The position numbers were made by a program, and so were the translations under genes. A DNA stretch of 64,000 nt, taken from NCBI GenBank assembly GCA_965205025.1, contig CBDBFU010000020.1, positions 224,001 to 288,000 on the forward strand. The letters are read 5' to 3'. Every line of letters begins with the position of its first letter. Within the stretch, counting starts at the first letter, position 1. Shown one piece after another: positions 60,351 through 64,000 of the stretch. Below the pieces are notes generated by a model. The model did no database searches. It saw only the letters and a list, made by a program, of their open reading frames with translations, and was not told where the DNA came from. Origin of the DNA: Candidatus Poribacteria bacterium. GTDB lineage: Bacteria > Poribacteria > WGA-4E > WGA-3G.

Positions 60351-61809
60351 CAATACCTTCGCCAAAAACACTTGAATAAAAAGGGTGTTTGTCCTAAAGT
60401 TTTAAAATATCATTTTAACTTAGAAAGGACACACACCCATGCCAGAAATTATAGCATTATTTACTGTATTTAATCTATGTTTATCCACTACTATGATCCG
60501 CCAGTTATGTCAAGTTGTATTTGCCCTGCTTGCGATGACAGGTCAGGTCACAATGTTAAATATCTCCCGTTGGACATCAAAAGGAGGGAGTTATCGTACG
60601 ATACAACGCTTCTTTAGCACAGATCTCCCTTGGCCAAAGATGTGTTGGCTCTTTTTCAAAAAATATCTGTTTGATCCTAAAAGTTTGTATATCCTTGTAG
60701 CAGATGAAGTCACGGTGTCAAAAACTGGGAAAAAAACTTATGGTATAGATCGCTTCTTCTCCTCATTACATGGAAAACCGATTTCCGGTTTGTCATTTTT
60801 AGCGGTGTCCTTAGTAAGCGTCAAAGACAGGTGTTCTTACCCAATGATGATGGAACAAATCGTGCGTAGCAACGCATCAGCCAATATGGATGTGTCTGCA
60901 ATCGAAGATCAGGAGAATACACAGAAAGCCATAACAAAACGAGGGCGTGGTCGCCCCAAAGGGAGCCGGAATCGAAACAAAAAGGATGTTGTGTTCAGCA
61001 ATACTTTGAAACAACTTCAAACTATGGTGAAATCATTTCTCCAACAGATGGGAGATTGTATCAAACTCCGTTATTTTGTGCTTGATGGATATTTCGGACA
61101 CAATAATGCGCTACAAATGGTATCACAATGTGGTCTCCATCTCATTTCAAAACTTCGCACAGATGCTGCGCTCTATTATCCACCAACGACACCGTATAAA
61201 GGTCGTGGACGCCGCGCCCTCTATGGGGATCGTTTCAATCCACAACAAATGGATAACAAATGGCGTGTCTCTGTTGAAACAACCGATAACATCAGAACCG
61301 AAGTGTATCAAGTACACTTGCGTCATAAGCAGTTTGCGGATCCTCTCAATATTGTTTGTCTTCTCAAGACGCATCTGCTGACAGGACAAAAATCACACGT
61401 GTTATTGTTTAGTTCTGACCTAAAACTGAGTGCTCTAAAGATGATTGATTATTACTCCCTTCGTTTTCAAATAGAGTTTAACTTCAGAGACGCAAAACAG
61501 TATTGGGGGTTGGAAGATTTTATGAATGTCAAAAAAACACCTGTGAACAATGCAGCAAACTTATCCTTGTTTATGGTAAATGTGAGTGCGAAAATGGCAA
61601 ACACATTTCGGTCTAATAACACGGCGTGTAGCGTATTAGATTTGAAAGCAAAATACCGAGCTATGAAGTATTTAGAGGAAACATTAAAAATACTTCCGCA
61701 AAAACCTGAACCTATTGTTATTGAGCAAATCACACAGCACCTTAGTTCTATCGGTGCTATTCATCACACACAGTTAGAACTAAGCACAGGATAATTGGCG
61801 AAGGTATTG
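60351..61809 (+). mobile_element. Intact DDE insertion sequence (IS4/IS701-like), 1459 bp
   Basis: Perfect 15-bp TIRs caataccttcgccaa / ttggcgaaggtattg and 7-bp target duplication ttaacat (60344-60350, 61810-61816). Confidence 0.93.
60439..61794 (+). CDS. DDE transposase
   Basis: ADE, LDGYF and the Y-x2-R-x3-E-x6-K signature (YSLRFQIEFNFRDAK). Confidence 0.92.
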   Translation: MPEIIALFTVFNLCLSTTMIRQLCQVVFALLAMTGQVTMLNISRWTSKGGSYRTIQRFFSTDLPWPKMCWLFFKKYLFDPKSLYILVADEVTVSKTGKKTYGIDRFFSSLHGKPISGLSFLAVSLVSVKDRCSYPMMMEQIVRSNASANMDVSAIEDQENTQKAITKRGRGRPKGSRNRNKKDVVFSNTLKQLQTMVKSFLQQMGDCIKLRYFVLDGYFGHNNALQMVSQCGLHLISKLRTDAALYYPPTTPYKGRGRRALYGDRFNPQQMDNKWRVSVETTDNIRTEVYQVHLRHKQFADPLNIVCLLKTHLLTGQKSHVLLFSSDLKLSALKMIDYYSLRFQIEFNFRDAKQYWGLEDFMNVKKTPVNNAANLSLFMVNVSAKMANTFRSNNTACSVLDLKAKYRAMKYLEETLKILPQKPEPIVIEQITQHLSSIGAIHHTQLELSTG

Positions 61810-61921
61810 TTAACATAAATTTTATTTAGAACTCGAGTATTGAGAATTCATTTAGTTTGAAGCAAGATGCACAAGATTGTGGATTTCTATTTCTACCACA
61901 AACTTTTAATTAGCGGATCAG

Positions 61922-61993
61922 GGTAATTTAGTTTTCGATATTTTTAGCTATAAGCAACACACATTAACAAGAAATTCTTAAAACTAAATTACC
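61922..61993. repeat. Short element bounded by perfect 14-bp inverted repeats
   Basis: ggtaatttagtttt ... aaaactaaattacc. Confidence 0.55.
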
Positions 61994-62342
61994 GTATTTG
62001 CGGAGTATAGGGTATAGACAATTATATAGAATCAAAAATTAACCATCCATTCACTCTTCACCCATCCAATGTCCATTCGCAATCTCCAATACATAATTCA
62101 AAATTAATTACATAACACATAGAAATAAAACTAAAATTAAGTGAAAAAATATTGAAGAAAACCAAACCATAATACAACTAAAACTATAATATGATTGATA
62201 TTACACTCTAAGTATAAATAGAAAAAGTAAATATATTGCAGAACTATTTCACATATGACAAAGTATCACTTGACACATGTGATTTTATTATGTTACTATA
62301 CATATTACATTAAAAGCATATCAGGAAAAGGTGCTATGTAGC

Positions 62343-62381
62343 TTTTACAACTGTTGTAAATGTTTTACAACAGTTGTAAAA
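62343..62381. repeat. Nested palindrome (18-bp perfect inverted repeat whose arms are themselves palindromic)
   Basis: ttttacaactgttgtaaa-tgt-tttacaacagttgtaaaa. Confidence 0.8.
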
Positions 62382-62878
62382 AGGAAATCGAAATCTCATA
62401 CCACTACAAACCTATACCAGAACAGGGTTTAGAACACTTCAAACATAAAAAGAGTATGAATTTTCAAAAAAAATAAAAATTCTAACAATTTTTTAGGTAT
62501 TTCTAACAAACCCTTTCTAGAACTGACTTTAGAGCAGTTCAAAAATAGGATATTTAAAAATTGTGTTGTAAAAATTAAACTATGGTGTATCTGATAATTA
62601 TGAATCAATAATCACATCTACAGAAAGAAGATAGAGCAATAAATAGGAAGATAAGAAATGACAATCCAACATTTTCATAAAAATACAATAAGACAGAGAA
62701 AAAATAGTGAAAGACTTCAACGCTCAGAAAAACCAGTAAAACCAGAAAATGGCATAAAACACAAAATTCTTAAATTTCAAGAAAATTACCATAAACCCAG
62801 TCTTATACAGGGATTAGAACAATATTACAAAGTTACACCATGTAACGAAAAGTGTAACTTTTTCATTTTACTACTGCG

Positions 62879-62990
62879 TATCTCATTAATACAGTTCCTC
62901 TTCGTAGGGACGGGGTCTCCCCGTCCGTATTTTCGATATACAATACATGACAAGAACAATAAAGCATCCAAATATATAATTTATGGGATA
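62879..62990. repeat. Second copy of the TIR+REP MITE-like element
   Basis: tatctcattaat ... atttatgggata. The 31 bp at 62898-62928 are identical to 48022-48052. Confidence 0.7.
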
Positions 62991-63368
62991 TGTTCTAATA
63001 TCTTGTCAAAATTGACGGTTAAGATATTTCACATTCATACGATCCCAATTCGATGGATTAGAAGTAAAGAAAAAGATACAAAAATCATAATTTTTGCAAA
63101 TTCTTTTAACCTTAAAAAAGTGGCTATGAACTTAGCATAGGACTGACGGGAGAGAGGTTATATCAATGTCACACCGTGTGACAAAAAGTGTAACTTTTTT
63201 ACATTTTTTCAACATATACGATGAATACGATAACAACACGATCTACTGACTGACTATTTAGGACTAATTATCTGTTTTATATCATTTGACTATAAGAAAA
63301 ATCAGTTATTGATGAGTATTCTCAAAATTATAAGTCTATTTTTTGGAGTTTTCTATATCAAAAATACC

Positions 63369-63438
63369 GTACTCCAGCAGAGTACTATGTCTATAGAAAA
63401 CAATATCGGAACAATCTGGCACTCCAGCGGAGTGCTAT
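63369..63438. repeat. Pair of REP-like palindromes
   Basis: gtactc-cagca-gagtac-tat and gcactcc-agc-ggagtgc-tat in direct orientation, 50 bp apart. Confidence 0.6.
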
Positions 63439-63507
63439 CTCCCAATACACTTCGTATGAAAACATATTAGTACTCAATACACACTTAAGTTATAGTGTAA
63501 TTAACGA

Positions 63508-63800
63508 ATGTGATTCACGGAAAATTGGTCTAATTAAAATTATAAACCCTTATAGAATAAGGACTCGTAAAAACGCTCCGTGAAGGTTTCCGTGAAAGTG
63601 CTATCATTTCAAAACGATAGATATTAACACTTTTTACATTCACATTATCCATTCATCCAACAGAATTAGGTGTTCAATCTCACTTTGAAAGCAAGAGTAA
63701 CATTGTTTGTAAAATGATTTCAGAGATAAATATTGGTATCTACATACTATTGCAGCGTAATGTTAGTGACAAATACTTTACATACCCCTACCGTCCAATT
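63508..63800. repeat. Module copy C (63508-63596) plus ~200-bp extension homologous to the reverse complement of ~7281-7496
   Basis: Shared blocks include tcaaaacgata.atattaacacttttt.cattcaca, aaatattggt and aatactttaca.accc. Confidence 0.88.
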
Positions 63801-63947
63801 TCGCTTGTATTCATGACATATTGTTGTTAAAATACAATGTTATTATTAATATCTTTTTATTCATTTTATTCTCATTTACAATAACGTCAGTTTGATAATA
63901 AAAAATGTCAGTTCGATAAACAGAATTTTGTCCTGAAGATAGTCTTT

Positions 63948-63972
63948 GTAGCACAAACTTTCCAGTTTGTGC
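63948..63972 (+). repeat. GTAG-type REP-like palindrome, family 1
   Basis: gtagcacaaactttccagtttgtgc, with stem gcacaaact/agtttgtgc. Confidence 0.75.
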
Positions 63973-64000
63973 ACTCTGTTGTTAACTAAAAGTTTGGGTT

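Noticed and set aside
62658-63140. 160-aa ORF
   Set aside because: Runs through repeat modules and a REP/MITE, has biased composition and no recognisable motif.
1-64000. rRNA, tRNA, prophage or recognisable defence operon
   Set aside because: None recognised by eye. A tRNAscan-SE, Infernal or DefenseFinder run would be needed to exclude them formally.

Overview
AT-rich bacterial chromosomal window, inferred (not proven) to be from Candidatus Poribacteria or a relative because of its LamG/DUF1080/TolB-like secreted proteins, PhyH dioxygenase and sulfatase. It is mostly housekeeping: the 3' end of smc, recG, nadK, recN, a fused indolepyruvate oxidoreductase, aroE, zapA, two hsp20, polA, a UbiD-family decarboxylase, accD, topA, ftsEX, polX and LPS-heptose genes. 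It also holds one intact DDE insertion sequence (15-bp TIRs, 7-bp target duplication). At least five genes are split by single-base indels in homopolymers, which most likely reflect sequencing error. The most interesting signals are: (1) an ~89-bp module with 8-mer repeats and an AAACCC box, present as an inverted pair around a 640-bp gene-less segment with tandem Fur-like boxes, and again at 63.5 kb inside a larger inverted homologue; (2) a 201-aa catalytic-domain-only tyrosine recombinase preceded by a 36-bp lox-like palindrome and a perfect 9x17-bp array; (3) a shared C-terminal 'V-x-P-x-x-K-x-x-x-x-W-G-x-[ILV]-K' tail on four signal-peptide proteins from three families, a candidate sorting signal; (4) an ~190-nt structured RNA candidate upstream of an RRM gene; (5) GTAG-REP hairpins nested inside TIR pairs; and (6) several apparently catalytically altered enzymes (FtsE, PolX, AAA ATPase, Thr-type sulfatase). 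No rRNA, tRNA or CRISPR array was recognised. All alignments and folds were done by eye.
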